64,000 bases of DNA from assembly GCF_037042905.1 (NCBI RefSeq), contig NC_087251.1, positions 42,658,001-42,722,000 on the forward strand, read 5' to 3'. Below, piece by piece: positions 37,351 through 50,301 of the stretch; the first letter of the stretch is position 1, and every line of letters begins with the position of its first letter. The DNA comes from Lytechinus pictus. Lineage: Eukaryota. Under the pieces are notes generated by a model. It was given only the letters and a program-made list of their open reading frames with translations. It had not been told where the DNA came from and did no database searches. The position numbers and the translations under genes are program-made.

Positions 37351-38071
37351 CTGTAATAATATAACATCATTCTCTCTCACCAATAGTAATATTATAGCTC
37401 ACAATTTGCACATTTCACAGTCCTTGTGTGTGAGTTGCACCTCTATCGTGACATGAAATGAACATACTCTGAAATTCTGATGAAATATTCAACATCTAAA
37501 AACACTTGTCTAAAAGATTCTGTTTTATTGCATTTGGTGAATTCCATAATTTTATATTTAAAAAATCATGTACATGAATACATTTACCGGTAGTTTACCT
37601 TTCAGATTAAATTTTCCATTTCTAAAATCAAATCACAGGTTTCAACTTGCTTTTTTAGCCATCAGTATTTTGCCGCATGCCCCTTTTCCGCCTCTTTATT
37701 CTCTCTTTGATGTTATAAATCACTAGTAAGCCAGTCCATCTGCGCACTTTGAAACACCAGTATAGAGCACCTTAAAAATGGTATGATTATTATCAATATC
37801 AACTTAGCTAATGTGGATCGCAAGGTTGAGCAAAATAGGGAACTCATTACAATGAGGGATGAAAGGAATGTATCTTGTTTAACTGAAAGTGAATTGAAGG
37901 AACTGATTGGCTTTTTTTGTTGTTGATTGAATGTTTTAAAGTTATATTTTTATATATTGAATATGTTTGTTTTGTAAATTGGAAAATATATTTTTTAATA
38001 TTTGTATGTGCATTTTTATGCGAATAAAGAAGACTTTGAATTGAATTGAATATTACCATTAAAAGCATTAC

Positions 38072-38213
38072 CTTATTGCTTGGTCTGCCTTGTGAAAAGT
38101 TTATGTCTTCAAAGACTCCAACCATTCCCATAACATCAGTGAAAGCCAATTCATATTTGACCTTTGGGTTCCAAGCCAGACCGCATACTGCAAGCCCCTT
38201 CTTGTGTCTTGAC
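38072..38213 (-). CDS. WDHD1: WDHD1 coding exon 8 (SRHKKGLAVCGLAWNPK...)
   Basis: atag acceptor and gtaatg donor, phase 2 to 0. Confidence 0.93.
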
Positions 38214-39271
38214 CTATCACACACAACAAAAAAACAACAACCGAGATTTCAATTTCGATCATAATAAGATGAGACTATTGCAGTTTTCAGCAAAAATGTC
38301 GTGAAATTAACATAGATTGCATTTTCAAAAAGAAAAAAATCATAAATACATATTACGTACACACATTTTAGCATTTATATAGGACTTTCCATATTAATAT
38401 GCCCAATGCGTTTCACAATATAAAATAACAAAGAATAGTTCTGCTTTCAAAGTGCTTACATTACATGGAGAGGATGCTCAAAAGAAAACAAATTAGGCTG
38501 TGAGACGAACCTCTTTTTCTTGCAATTGTGTTAAAAAAGCAGTGAAGATACAAAATAAAGATATTAAAATTATCTTTAAAACTGCATCAAACTGGGGTAA
38601 ATTTGTTTAAATTTTAGGATGAGTAAACTATGAATAAAGCAGGTAATTTGTATTCTGTTGACAGGTGGACTTGCACCTTTTCGCCAAACTCAGAACAGAT
38701 CCGTGAGCTAAATACGCATTCAGCGACAAACATTCTGTTGCCAATTCAATAGCAAAGTACTGTTCGGAAGTGCTTGAATTAAATTTCAATTGAGTTATTC
38801 CTGGCAGGTATGCTACTCAGAAATGTCCCCAAAATATAATGTAGTTTCTATTTAATAAAAGAATGAATAAACAATGTTTAAAATAAATGCAAAGTGATAA
38901 TAATGAAAGTTAGGATGTAACGTCTAAAGGTTTCCATGGCGAAGAAAAAAAGTGTAGTAGGTTTCACAGTGCACCATGCATCTTTCTTGGGCAAGAGTTG
39001 GTCCTGAAAAGGACCTCCCAAACTTGACGTTTCAACAAGTGTGTTCTTGTCATCTTTCAGGAGAATGAGCAAAGTTTGTAAAAGCAGGCCTTATATATAT
39101 ACTCTGTCGAATTGCTGTATGCACAGTACCTTGCAGGGTACATGTCTCTGATTGGCTGGATAAGTCACATGACATCCACATGACATCCCGCCAAGATTGG
39201 CATGAATGACGAAATTTAGGATATCGTTTCTTTTTCATTACTTTAGGAGGCAGTTTTGTGTTTTGATAGGG

Positions 39272-39920
39272 AGCTCGGCTGTCAGATGATAAAACGGTCT
39301 AACTCGAAAATTTGACCTTTTTGAGGTAAATTCACTTTCCTTGTAATGTGAGGGCGCTCTTTCCAATGGTGCTATCGAGATGGTAAAATGGTCTATCTCT
39401 GAGTTAGCCCATTGTCGGTAATATCGTTTGGAGGTAAAACGAGCTACCTTTTACATAAACCTTTTAACTTTCTTAATTGAGATTTTTGAATCATCGCTGT
39501 CAGATGGTAAAATGGTCTATCTTCGAGTTAGACCAATTTACCGCCACGTCAGACGGCCATCAGATGGCAAAACGGTCTATCTCGAATATCGCTGAAGTAT
39601 GTTGTGCATTGGGGTAAGATGGTAAAATGGTCTATATAGAAGATAGACCATTCTACTATCTTATGATGTGTAGTATGAGTGTATACATGTGTTGTGGTTA
39701 ACTGTCTATCTACACAAAAATCTCATTTATTTCATAATTAAAACCCCAAATAAGCTTAAAATTCTTCAGTTATTAGTGTTTATTGTGCTTCTTCTTTTCC
39801 CATTGCTAAAAATGCATTATATCTGCCTCATAAAAAAGCTCAAACCTCTAAACTTTAAAGTCATTTCTCTCAGAACAGCGATTTTCGAGATAGACCTTTT
39901 TACCATCTGACGGCCGAGCT
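39272..39920. mobile_element. ~650-bp non-autonomous DNA transposon with subterminal AGATGGTAAAATGGTCTAT repeats
   Basis: TIRs agctcggctgtcagatgataaaacggtct / agacctttttaccatctgacggccgagct. Confidence 0.85.
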
Positions 39921-40078
39921 GTGTTGATACACAATATCTCAAGTGGACCATCCCACTACTTCCCCCGTCATATACTTAAGATAGCTTGGCCTAATCAGGT
40001 CTAAGTAATTGAATAATGATCACTTGAAAGATGCTTCATATCGTGAATTTGCAAACAACTTATGTATATATCACTCAC

Positions 40079-40278
40079 CTTTCAACACATTTCTTTGTCT
40101 TGATGTCCCAGAAACACATCGTACCATCAGTGTTAGCTGAGGCAAGGTACTGTCCACAGGTGGACCATGACACAACCGACACATATCCACCTGCATCTTC
40201 AGGTTCCAAAGTAAATGCGACATCCCATGAAGACCTTTCATAAACCTCAATCTTCTTCTCCAAAGGGACAGCTAAATA
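40079..40278 (-). CDS. WDHD1: WDHD1 coding exon 7 (YLAVPLEKKIEVYERSSWD...SWSTCGQYLAS...WDIKTKKCVER)
   Basis: tttgcag acceptor and gtgagt donor, phase 0 to 2, WD40 repeat. Confidence 0.95.
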
Positions 40279-41302
40279 CTGCAAAAAGAAAAAAAAAGAA
40301 GACAATTATCTCTTTTGGACAGAGTTTCTGCAACAATGGACCGATTGATTGAGGTTTAATGACACTAAGAACACAATGTTTCAAGTGTCTCAATATATTA
40401 ATCTGTAAAGTTATGCTAAATGGTATGATCTGATTACTTAATTTTATTTACATGAAAATGATGACGAGTGGAAAATCTATACAACAAGCCAAACATAAAA
40501 CATATCCTAACCCTAATCCTCGTAAAATTCTGAAACAAAAACTCTATCACAACCTTAAAACTAAATCTATACTTTCAGAGAAATGGGCAGAATGTCACAG
40601 GACAAATTCTTGCATCATCAAAGTAAAGTTAAAAATATAACTGCAAATAAAAATAATTGAAACTGAATGTGACATTAGAAAGTTATGACATTTTCAAGTT
40701 TTTAATAAAACTGCTGCATGCAAACATTGAGAGCACAGGTAGTTTGCAAATGAAGGAGCTGATGATTCAGTAGTTTTATTGTAATTTATTAAAAAATATA
40801 TAAAGAAAAAATGTAATTTTCTCTCCAGGCTTGACTGCTCCTTGAGAAATCGCCATTATTCTAACTTATGTTTCAGTCACCAGTGAGTGTAGTATGGTGT
40901 CATTGACTTTTGTGTTGTGTACAAGTTATTTTTTTCTGCAATTACATCAACTTTCAAATGTAATAACTTTCCAACTTGTTTGATTTTCTGTAATCATTCA
41001 ATTTAACTTGCTGCTTGGTTGGACTTTGCCATAAATGCACTTCCAAACAAATACTTCTTCAATTAAGCTTTCCTCTTTTTTGCTCTAAATATGGGTATTA
41101 CATGACATCATAGCATGCAAGATCATATTATGATCATTCCACACAAAATTCAAATTTACAATGTTAAGAATGTGAGTGCTGGAGGGGGGAAATACAATTA
41201 AAGTAAGGGAATCTGAAATAAAGAATATAATCTCTTGCATATACCTTCAATTTTGATAACATTTCAGATGTCACATGATAATCGATAAACAATCAAACAT
41301 AC

Positions 41303-41351
41303 CTTTCCACTAGTAGGCTCCCAATCCATACGACAAAGTGTTTTGGACAAA
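41303..41351 (-). CDS. WDHD1: WDHD1 coding exon 6 (LSKTLCRMDWEPTSGK)
   Basis: tttcag acceptor and gtatgt donor, phase 2 to 0. Confidence 0.92.
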
Positions 41352-42389
41352 CTGAAAAGAAATTTGGAATCACAAATATCAATGAAATACATGTAGAATG
41401 AAAACAATAGAAATATATTGCAAACCCCAAAATGCTTTTATATGCTTTAATTAGAAATCACAAACTTGGTTTCTGTCACCAGCGAAACTCATGAGTACTG
41501 TAACTGAGATATCAGCGATGATGAAAACTATGACATGGCACAACAACAAGGTAACATTTTAATTTCTAACATTGGAACAACGAGCATACGGAGCAGATTT
41601 AATTCGTCTGTATGACAATGACTGTGCAGGAGGAATTGATCCTATCAACCAGATTTATGAAAAGCCAGCAACGTCAACATCTGTTCCAACTATTTTCTAG
41701 ATAGGTGTATTCAGAAATTCAGTTTTCTTCAGAATTCTGTGTGCCTCTCTTTGTTTGCAAAGGACATTTTGCAAATTTCCTGCAGAAAAAAGTTATGGTA
41801 TGGATGGATTTCCATAAAGTTGAGATTGATCGGATCAATCGTAACTCTTTGTAAGACAGGACCCTGGCTTCAATGAGTATTAAAAGAAAGCAAGATGACA
41901 GGTAACAGTTCCACAGCTGGTAAGCCACATCATACCACAAAATATGACAGAGATTCATTTCAGTTTGATCCATTAATAATCAGGATGCTTTAATGTTTTT
42001 AGCAGGGAATAATTTTGCTTTACAAATTAGAATAGCATTTTTGGTCATAAGAGAAAAGCTCTCAACCAAGTAATGTACAGTCCTCTGTAAAAAAATGCTA
42101 TACAAAAGACTTAATGCACACAGCAGTCTTTCAAAAATGTGGAGCAAATTGTGATGCAATACCAGGAAAATTATTCCGTTTAGAGTTCCGTTCTTGATAA
42201 CGATAGAGCATTTCACCCACAGTGGAATTGCTTGAAACCCAGAGATGCCAACCTCCAAAAAGCAAAAACAGTATTCTGAGAGGAAAAAAACAGTATTTTG
42301 ATTTTTAAAAAAAGTATTTTGTAAAATATAACGAAGCGAAACGACCGAACCGTGGCACAAAAAAAAAAGGGAATCACTGAAAATAATTA

Positions 42390-43460
42390 TAAAAGAAGAA
42401 AGAAAGAAAAAATTAATTAAAGAAAATGAAGGAAAAAAGAAAGAAAGTTAGAATAAAAGAAGGATGAAAGAAATAATAAAGGAAAGAAGAAAGGTTTCCT
42501 TCATTCTTTGAAATAAATAAAACAGAAAAAAGGAAAGAAAAAGAAAGGAAGGGATGATGAATGAATGTTTGAACGAAAAAAAGGAAAAGAAAAAACATGA
42601 AGGATGAATGAAGGAATGAAGGAAATAATTTTTTTCATTCCTTGAGAAAAGGAAAGAAGAAAACAGGAAGGGAGGGAGAAAGGAAGGAAGGGAATAGCAA
42701 AAAGAATGAAATAAAGGATGAAAGAGAGGAAGGAAAGAATAAAAAAGAAAGAGAATAATAGGAGAGAAAGAAAGAAAAGGAAAAGGGAGAGGAAGGGAAA
42801 AGGATGCAAAGACAATTTTAAGAAATGAAAGAATGAAAGAAAAAATAAAAAAATAAAAAAAAGAAGGAAAGTAAGAGAAAGAAAGAAAGAAAAAAAAAAA
42901 ACAATGAGGGACATGTAAAGAAGGAAAGAATTAAGAAAATAAATGAACACAGAAAAAAGGAAGGAAAGCTAGGAAATAATAAGAAATAAATATAGAAGGA
43001 ATGGAAAAGGGAATTTAGAAAAGATAGGATGGAGAAAGAAGGAATGGAAAAAGAAAAAATCAGGAAGGAAGATACGAAAGAATAAGGGAAAGGAAAAGAA
43101 AAGGAAGGAAAGAATGAAGCGAAAGACAGTGAAAGCAAGAAAAGAATGAAAGAAAAGAAGAAAGAGGGAATGACAGAAAGAATGAAAAGAGAAGGGGAGA
43201 GGAAGTGAACAAAAAAAATAAGGAAAGAAAGAAGAAAGGAAATAAAAGGAAAGTAAGAAAAGGAAAGAAGGGAAGAACAAAAAATGAACAGAAAGGATCA
43301 GGAAAGAAAGCTAGGAAAGATTTGAAATAAGATAGAACAAAAAAAGCAAGCAGGAAGGATAGAAGAAAGGATGAAGAAAAAAAGGTAGAAAAGAAAGAAA
43401 ATGAACGAAAGAAAGCAATAAAGAAATGAAGAAAGAATTAAAGAGGAAAAAAATTCAAGC
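42390..43460. repeat. ~1.1-kb purine-rich (GAAA/GGAA) low-complexity tract
   Basis: Almost entirely A/G on the + strand. Confidence 0.95.
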
Positions 43461-43873
43461 TTCAAGCAAACAAAACAAATGTAATCATCTAACAAAAATC
43501 TTACTGATATTTGTCTTTTTTATAATATATTTAAAAATTGTTAGAAAACTAAAATGTTTTAGAAACGAATAAAATTTAAAAGTGAAACATTGTCAAACTT
43601 TAATAAAATGAACATCACGGCATCACACCATCTCTCTTCCCATTGTCTTGTCTTCTTGTTATCGGTGCGAACACGAGAAGACTCATTTTCACTCAAAACA
43701 AAAGCTGAAACAACTAGACCGATCTAGTAATGAAAACTCAATAACTTGCACTAACAGGGAACATTTACAAGGGCACAAATATATACAAGGCCAATATAAG
43801 GGGCATTGAGGTCAGTTAATAGGCTTTAGTGACCAAGGATTAATTTAAGCCCTTCTTGGGATATACAACATAC

Positions 43874-43920
43874 CTGACATCACTGCACTTTGGAATGAGA
43901 ACGGAGGACTTCTCCCAACT
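43874..43920 (-). CDS. WDHD1: WDHD1 coding exon 5 (SWEKSSVLIPKCSDVS)
   Basis: gtag acceptor and gtatgt donor, phase 0 to 2. Confidence 0.88.
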
Positions 43921-44403
43921 CTACAGGTTAAGAAATAACAAAATAAAATATTGAATATTCAAATTTTTAAGAGGATCATGAAGAATTCAGGAGATAGGGG
44001 AGGTACTAATCTTAATAATTTTTTTGTACTTTTTGTTCAAACAAATTTGACTGGCTAAACAACATTTTTCATTTCCAAAAACTTGGCAAAAAACATGGTT
44101 TTCCAACAAGTTAGCAGCAATAAAGGAAGAGGCGGATGATGGGTCATTTTATCTTCAAATAATGATTTCCCTAAATAGCCTTAAAGGACATATAAATAAG
44201 GAATTTCAATTAACATTTCAAAATAGTTATTATCTATCTTTATTTCTCCATCTAGACTTATCTATCCACATGAAAAATTCACTTTGCTCAGTGCACATTC
44301 ACAAGTTTTCATATTAAATATTGTAGCTTAAAATACATTTAGCTAGCCCTATAAAGTTTGAGGAGAGGAATAATTTTCTAACGCAAATAAATATTTTGCT
44401 TAA

Positions 44404-45129
44404 CCCTAAATAGACTGGGCTATTTCGACGCCTAAGAAGACTGATCTCGGCCGTCGACCGCGCGATCGCAACGAAAATTGGCACGCGCCTTACCCATGGC
44501 ATTATCTACAAAACAACAATATCAAATTCTGCAAAAAATCTCATTGCTCATTAATTATGCTAATTTATGCGTAAAATCATAAGTTTGCTCTAATTAATAA
44601 AATAATGCCCCTAAAATGCTAATTTTTGTTTCACATACTCTAGATAGGCATCTGATCAAATTTATTTAAAAAAAATTTCAACATCACATTTATTTTCTTA
44701 TGTATTCTATTGTTTTCTAAATTTCTTATGTATTTCTTTGTTTTTCAACTTTTTGTTTTTTATTGTTTTTTCAATGGAAATTGTCGGGGACTTTATTTTG
44801 ACCATTAAAAAGATAAAATTGATTGATTTTAAGCAGTAAAAGGAAATATAATGATACATTTATGAATTTTGGCTAAAAACACTATTTGCATTGGATTTGT
44901 ACACAAATTCACGTTTTTGAGTAATTTTGGGTCTGCATGCACTTACGAAATGTTGCGTAATTTCGGAACCGCGTACTCGGGGGTCACAATTTTGTTCTCA
45001 GAAGTTGCGCGAGACTTGAAAGTAAAAAGTCAGCGAGTGACGCGGTCAAAAAATTTCAAGCGGCGGATTTATCACGAAACATGTCGAGGGGGGGGCTGAA
45101 TCAGCCCCCCCCCCCCAGTCTTTTTAGGG
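44404..45129. mobile_element. Non-autonomous piggyBac-like element, copy 2
   Basis: Same termini and TTAA flanks; colinear with copy 1. An older diverged fragment lies at ~2480-2926. Confidence 0.88.
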
Positions 45130-45144
45130 TTAAGAGAATCTTAC

Positions 45145-45195
45145 CTGTGATTCTATATTCCATATTTTCAAAGTTCCATCACAACTTGATGAGGC
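45145..45195 (-). CDS. WDHD1: WDHD1 coding exon 4 (ASSSCDGTLKIWNIESQ)
   Basis: ttacag acceptor and gtaaga donor, phase 0 to 0, WD40 end. Confidence 0.93.
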
Positions 45196-46191
45196 CTGTA
45201 ACAAAGAAAAAAAAAATTGTTATATGACAATGAGTGGCATAAAAGTAATTATTTCACAAGCTTTATGTAAAAAGTGGACAATAAAAAGCAAGTCTATATA
45301 TCAAGAAATTCAACAACAAAAAACTGCCATCTGATTGGCAGTGGAGGCACTGCCATTATAACATGAGCACGGCTGAGCAATATACAAGTTTGAAGTGAAA
45401 TGGCTATCAAAACTGCCAAAATCAGGGAAAAAAGTGCATAGTTATCACCCTATAATGAAACTGAAATATTTGCAATGCAATAATTCAATATATAATGAAT
45501 GGGGAAGTTCCAGGGCTCCTTTTTTTAGTTTCCATGCAGGGCTGTTTTGAAAATTTTTGTGCCGAAACTGCCCCCCAGCCCCTGTGCAATACTTTCCGAT
45601 GTGCACAAACAAAGCTGCGAGTGGTTCTTGACCCTTAGTTTACTGCAAGGGGGGTGGGTGGTCAAATGAATTTGCCATCAAAACAGCTAATTTTAGGGAA
45701 ATAATATAAAAAGAAATACATTTATCTCACTTGCATTTAATTCAAATAAAACAAACTACATAGCTGCACCATTTACAGATGACTTGACGACAGTGCAAAG
45801 TTTTGCAGCGATCAGGTATTTCACAGCTGAGATCTTCAACTCCCCCCCCCCCCTCCCCCCTCTAGTGAAACCTTGGTTTGAAAAGGCCTGGACTAAAATA
45901 GGTTTAGTTCAGTTCAGTACAATTTATTTTTTATCTCAGCATTAAAATGATATGTTATATGCAACATATATTATATATTGAATATATCATATTTCATACA
46001 TATAGCAAATTTTAAAGATATGCAATATGTACAGGAATAACAAATAATATACATTAAAGAAAAAAAAAACAGAAAAGTTTATAAACATTTTGTGAATAGT
46101 TGTAGTTCCCAATTGAATTTAAATGAAATATATAGTCAATAATTAATTGAACAATGTAGGGTCAATATCCAACTATCAAATGATAACTTAC

Positions 46192-46300
46192 CACATATTG
46201 ATGTTGTGGATCAGCAGCGACACTTAGTATAGGAGCTGTATGTCCCTCTAATACCTTCTGACTTGAATCTCCGAGATCAACCACCTTGATATTGAAATCA
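46192..46300 (-). CDS. WDHD1: WDHD1 coding exon 3 (DFNIKVVDLGDSSQKVLEGHTAPILSVAADPQHQYV)
   Basis: AG/GT boundaries, phase 2 to 0, WD40 GH motif. Confidence 0.95.
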
Positions 46301-47803
46301 CTACAACAACAAAATAGAAAATATTCTAAAGATTAAAAAAAAATGTAGTTGCAGCAAACATTTATTCCATGAGAAAATCTTTAAAATCAAGCTTAATTGT
46401 CACCATATTATCATAGATTTAGATTTGCATATTAACATTAATTTAACTTTGTGAAATCACATGCATCTTAATGTCTGAAAACCAAAAACTCTTCAGATGC
46501 CCAACCCAGAATAGCATGTGTGGGGCAGTGTACTAAGACCCAACATTTGATGGAATTCCATGCTTATTCGGCTCATTATTTCTCAGCAATTTCACATTTC
46601 CAAAACCATTTCCAGATAATTTTTATCTATACATGTTCAGGATTCTATTGTGTTTTTTGCTTTCTAACAATTTTTTTTTTGCATTGCTTTGCTTTCTCAC
46701 AATGTTGACATTCAAAGACAAACATTACAATGAAAAAAAATTTGGAAGTGAGATTGGTATTTCTGCATTTCTCTTTTCAAGATTAGTAGGCCTCAGTGCC
46801 AATGAGCAGTGGCTACCATTAGTTGACGCACGCTTTTTCGACACAGCGAGAGTTTGTGATGCGACTTACAACGTTGAGGGCAAAGCGCCTTCCGTGGGGA
46901 CAAATAGTAAGATGGCAGCTCTCTTTTCGAGAGACACCGTCGACATCAGCGATTTTTAACAGGAGGGTGAGGTCTTGATTTTGGGTCAGAAATAAATCTT
47001 TTCATTATTTAAATATCAGGAACATGAAAATCCACAAATGCTCACTTTTTTTTTAATTGCATTCAAATGTCCATCATCCATGATCCATCTATCACAATAC
47101 CGCCTTCGTTCCTGCAAGACGCCATTGGAAGCCAGACATGACTCAGCACTATTATTTGGTTCTGTAGTCCTTTTCTTAACGTGGAATCCATGTGACTCTC
47201 AAAATGTTCACAGTTTGGGTAAATTGCTGACTGATCTAAAACCACTTTGTCTGCCTTCCGTTTCGTATCATCCATCATAATCTAATCCTATGTCTACTAA
47301 CCATTTACATGTAGTCTAATTTCCACTCGGACTTAATGCATTACATCCACTCGGTCTAACACCCGTTAGTCCACATGGATACATGAACTGTTCATGAATC
47401 ATATATTCATATGACAAAATGCAAAATAATTAGTAGACAAATTGGAAACTTACACCAACTGGGCATTAGACCAAATGAAAATCAGCCTAAATGGGTACTA
47501 CACAGAAGGTAGTGTAGACCAAATGGTAATTAGACCAAATTGATAATAATAATGGTATATTTTCCCAGGGTATCCACTTCAGTTCCGAAAACTTTTCCCC
47601 CAGCTGGCCCTGCTATTATTTATTACCCCGGCTTTAGCTCGGCTACCTGGATGCTCAAGCATTTGAGGAATTTCTTCCTACCGGGTACCTATTTACATTA
47701 CCTGGGTTGAGTGCAGCACAATGTGGGATATTTTCATGCTGAAGGAAAACAATAATAGACCAAATGGGTTAAGCCCTGTTTGTATTCTGTAATTTCTTTG
47801 TCT

Positions 47804-48397
47804 TTAAAGGAGAATGAAACTCTTGGAGCAAGTTAGCTTTTGTGAAAGCAGAAAAATCAAAGAATAAGATCAACAAAAGTTTGAGTAAAATAGGACTAGC
47901 AATAGAAGAGTTATGAGCATTTGAATGTCGAGATCACTAATGCTATGGAGATCCTCCCATTGGCAGTGCGACCAAGATCTATGATGTCACAGATGAACAA
48001 CTCTCCCCTTTTGGACACTGAAAATATACCCCAAAACATCTCTTTTTGCTCATTCTAATCATATGACAAACGATTCATCAATGATATAATGTTGTGAAAC
48101 CTCTGTACTTGTCCTCTCATATAAAGAGAACACCTCACCTTGTGATAGACTCTATAAAAGTGAGAATATAAGTGAAATAAGTACTAAAGTAATGAGGGAG
48201 TTGTACGTGTGTGACATCACAGATCTTGGTCGCATTGCCAATAGGAAGATCTACAGGGCATTAGTGATCTCAATATTCAAATGCTCATAACTTTCTTATT
48301 ATTCATTCAATCTTCCTCAAACTTTCAATAATATGTTTCTTTTATTTTTCTCTTTGATATGGATTCAGCTGGTTTCAAGGGTTTCATTCTCCTTTAA
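47804..48397. mobile_element. MITE with TTAA flanks and AGG termini (Kolobok-like), long internal inverted repeat
   Basis: ttaaaggagaatgaaac / gtttcattctcctttaa; ~80-bp internal inverted arms at ~47910-47990 and ~48210-48290. Confidence 0.85.
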
Positions 48398-48431
48398 CAC
48401 ATGAGCAGTAAACAATCAAAAGATTACTCAC

Positions 48432-48583
48432 CAAGCACCAGCAACAAGGAAGCGTCCATCTTGAGAAAGGGAGATGTGAGAGACTGGAGCCGTAAACCGT
48501 GCAATAATACCGTCTGATTGCCCCTCTGGAAAGGTGTAGGCTTGAACTGTGTTTGAATCAGATGCACTGTAAAGTACTCCTTT
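48432..48583 (-). CDS. WDHD1: WDHD1 coding exon 2 (KGVLYSASDSNTVQAYTFPEGQSDGIIARFTAPV...)
   Basis: tag acceptor and gtgagt donor, phase 0 to 2; TFPEG..DGI..RFT motif of AND-1. Confidence 0.95.
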
Positions 48584-48980
48584 CTAGTAAATACAAAACA
48601 AAAACAACAAAATACTTTCAAATTCGTCTCTGACATGCCTCCATTACAGGGGAAAAAATAACAATTTAATTTTGAGGGCTACTAAATCTGAAACATTGGA
48701 TAGGCTTTAACATGTGCAATGAATGGGGATTTTCCTAGGTTTTTTTTTTTTTTTTTTTTTCCCAGAGCTCTTAAACATTTTGGGGTCAAAATTGCCCCGA
48801 GTCCCTGTGTAGTCTTTCCCTGGTTCTATGACTTGTAGATATTTACCCTTTTTTCATATAAATTATAGCTCACATCCATTGCCTACAGTAATAGTAATAT
48901 TGATCTGAAAATGATTATTAAATCAAGGGCTTAAATTAGTCAGTCCATCAACAAGTATGGCCTTGGATGCCCTATTGACT

Positions 48981-49855
48981 GGACTTGATGTCCCTCACAT
49001 TGACCTAGGAGACTTGATGTCCCTCACATTGACCTAGGAGACTTGATGTCCCTCACATTGACCTAGGAGACTTGATGTCCCTCACAATGACCCAGGAGAC
49101 TTGATGTCCCTCATATTGACCTAGGAGACTTGATGTCCCTCACATTGACCTAGGAGATTTGATGTCCCTCACATTGACCTAGGAGATTTGATGTCCCTCA
49201 CATTGACCTAGGAGACTTGATGTCCCTCACATTGACCTACAGGAGACCTGATGTCCCTCACATTGACCCAGGAGACTTGATGTCCCTCACATTGGCCTAG
49301 GAGACTTGATGTCCCTCACATTGACCTAGGAGACTTGTTGTCCCTCACATTGATCTAGGAGACTTGTTGTCCCTCACATTGACCTAGGAGACTTGATGTC
49401 CCTCACATTGACCTACAGGAGACTTGAAGTCCCTCACATTGACCTAGGAGACTTGATGTCCCTCACATTGACCTAGGAGACTTGATGTCCCTCACATTGA
49501 CCTAGGAGACTTGTTGTCCCTCACATTGATCTAGGAGACTTGTTGTCCCTCACATTGACCTAGGAGACTTGATGTCCCTCACATTGACCTACTGGAGACT
49601 TGAAGTCCCTCACATTGACCCAGGAGACTTGATGTCCCTCACATTGACCTAGGAGACCTGTTGTCCCTCACATTGACCCAGGAGACTTGATGTCCCTTAC
49701 ATTGGCCTAGGAGACTTGATGTCCCTGACATTGACCTAGGAGACTTGCTGTCCCTCACATTGACCTAGGAGACTTGTTGTCCCTCACATTGACCTAGGAG
49801 ACTTGATGTCCCTCACATTGACCTAGGAGACTTGATGTCCCTCACATTGACCGAG
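48981..49855. repeat. 29-bp minisatellite (GACTTGATGTCCCTCACATTGACCTAGGA), about 30 copies
   Basis: Head-to-tail near-identical units without spacers. Confidence 0.97.
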
Positions 49856-50112
49856 GAAAGTTATTGTGCCCTGTTTCCAATTGTGCTGTATTATGTGCCC
49901 TTTGGTAAGTGACCTTGCTATCAAACATCAAAATCTGAGGCCTGATAATCATTCAACATCAATGTGCAATACCATTTCATATTCCAATTGTACATTTTTA
50001 AGTGGCGCATCCCTCTGCATTCTTTAAATTATGTGTTCCCACATACTGTGAGTAGTTCAAATACAAGATCGTGAACACTATGACCAGCTAAAAATACACA
50101 TCATACACTTAC

Positions 50113-50301
50113 ATTAAGGGCCAAAGTAGAAGCAGATTCTCCGACATCGATGCTCTGTGGATCGTCGTCATCTAATCCCTTCCAGACACGGACATCTCCG
50201 TCACTCCCACACGTTAGGATATTCTTGCCTGTATCGTCATAGCACACGTCAGTTTGCCCTTCACTGTGGCCGAAACGCATTACTGGAGCTGACAATACCA
50301 T
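50113..50301 (-). CDS. WDHD1: WD repeat and HMG-box DNA-binding protein 1 (AND-1/Ctf4), coding exon 1 of 23
   Basis: MVLSAPVMRFGHSEGQTDVCYDDTGKNILTCGSDGDVRVW matches the AND-1 N-terminal WD40 (human MRYGHTEGHTEVCFDDSG...TCGSDGDVRIW); gtaagt donor. An acceptor at 50314 implies upstream non-coding exon(s). Confidence 0.96.

Noticed and set aside
42413..43495. Phe/Leu/Ser-rich 'membrane protein' ORFs
   Set aside because: Translation of a polypurine/polypyrimidine low-complexity tract.
48981..49855. 29-bp repeats of CRISPR-like length
   Set aside because: Units are head-to-tail with no unique spacers, there are no cas genes, and the array lies in a eukaryotic intron. It is a minisatellite.
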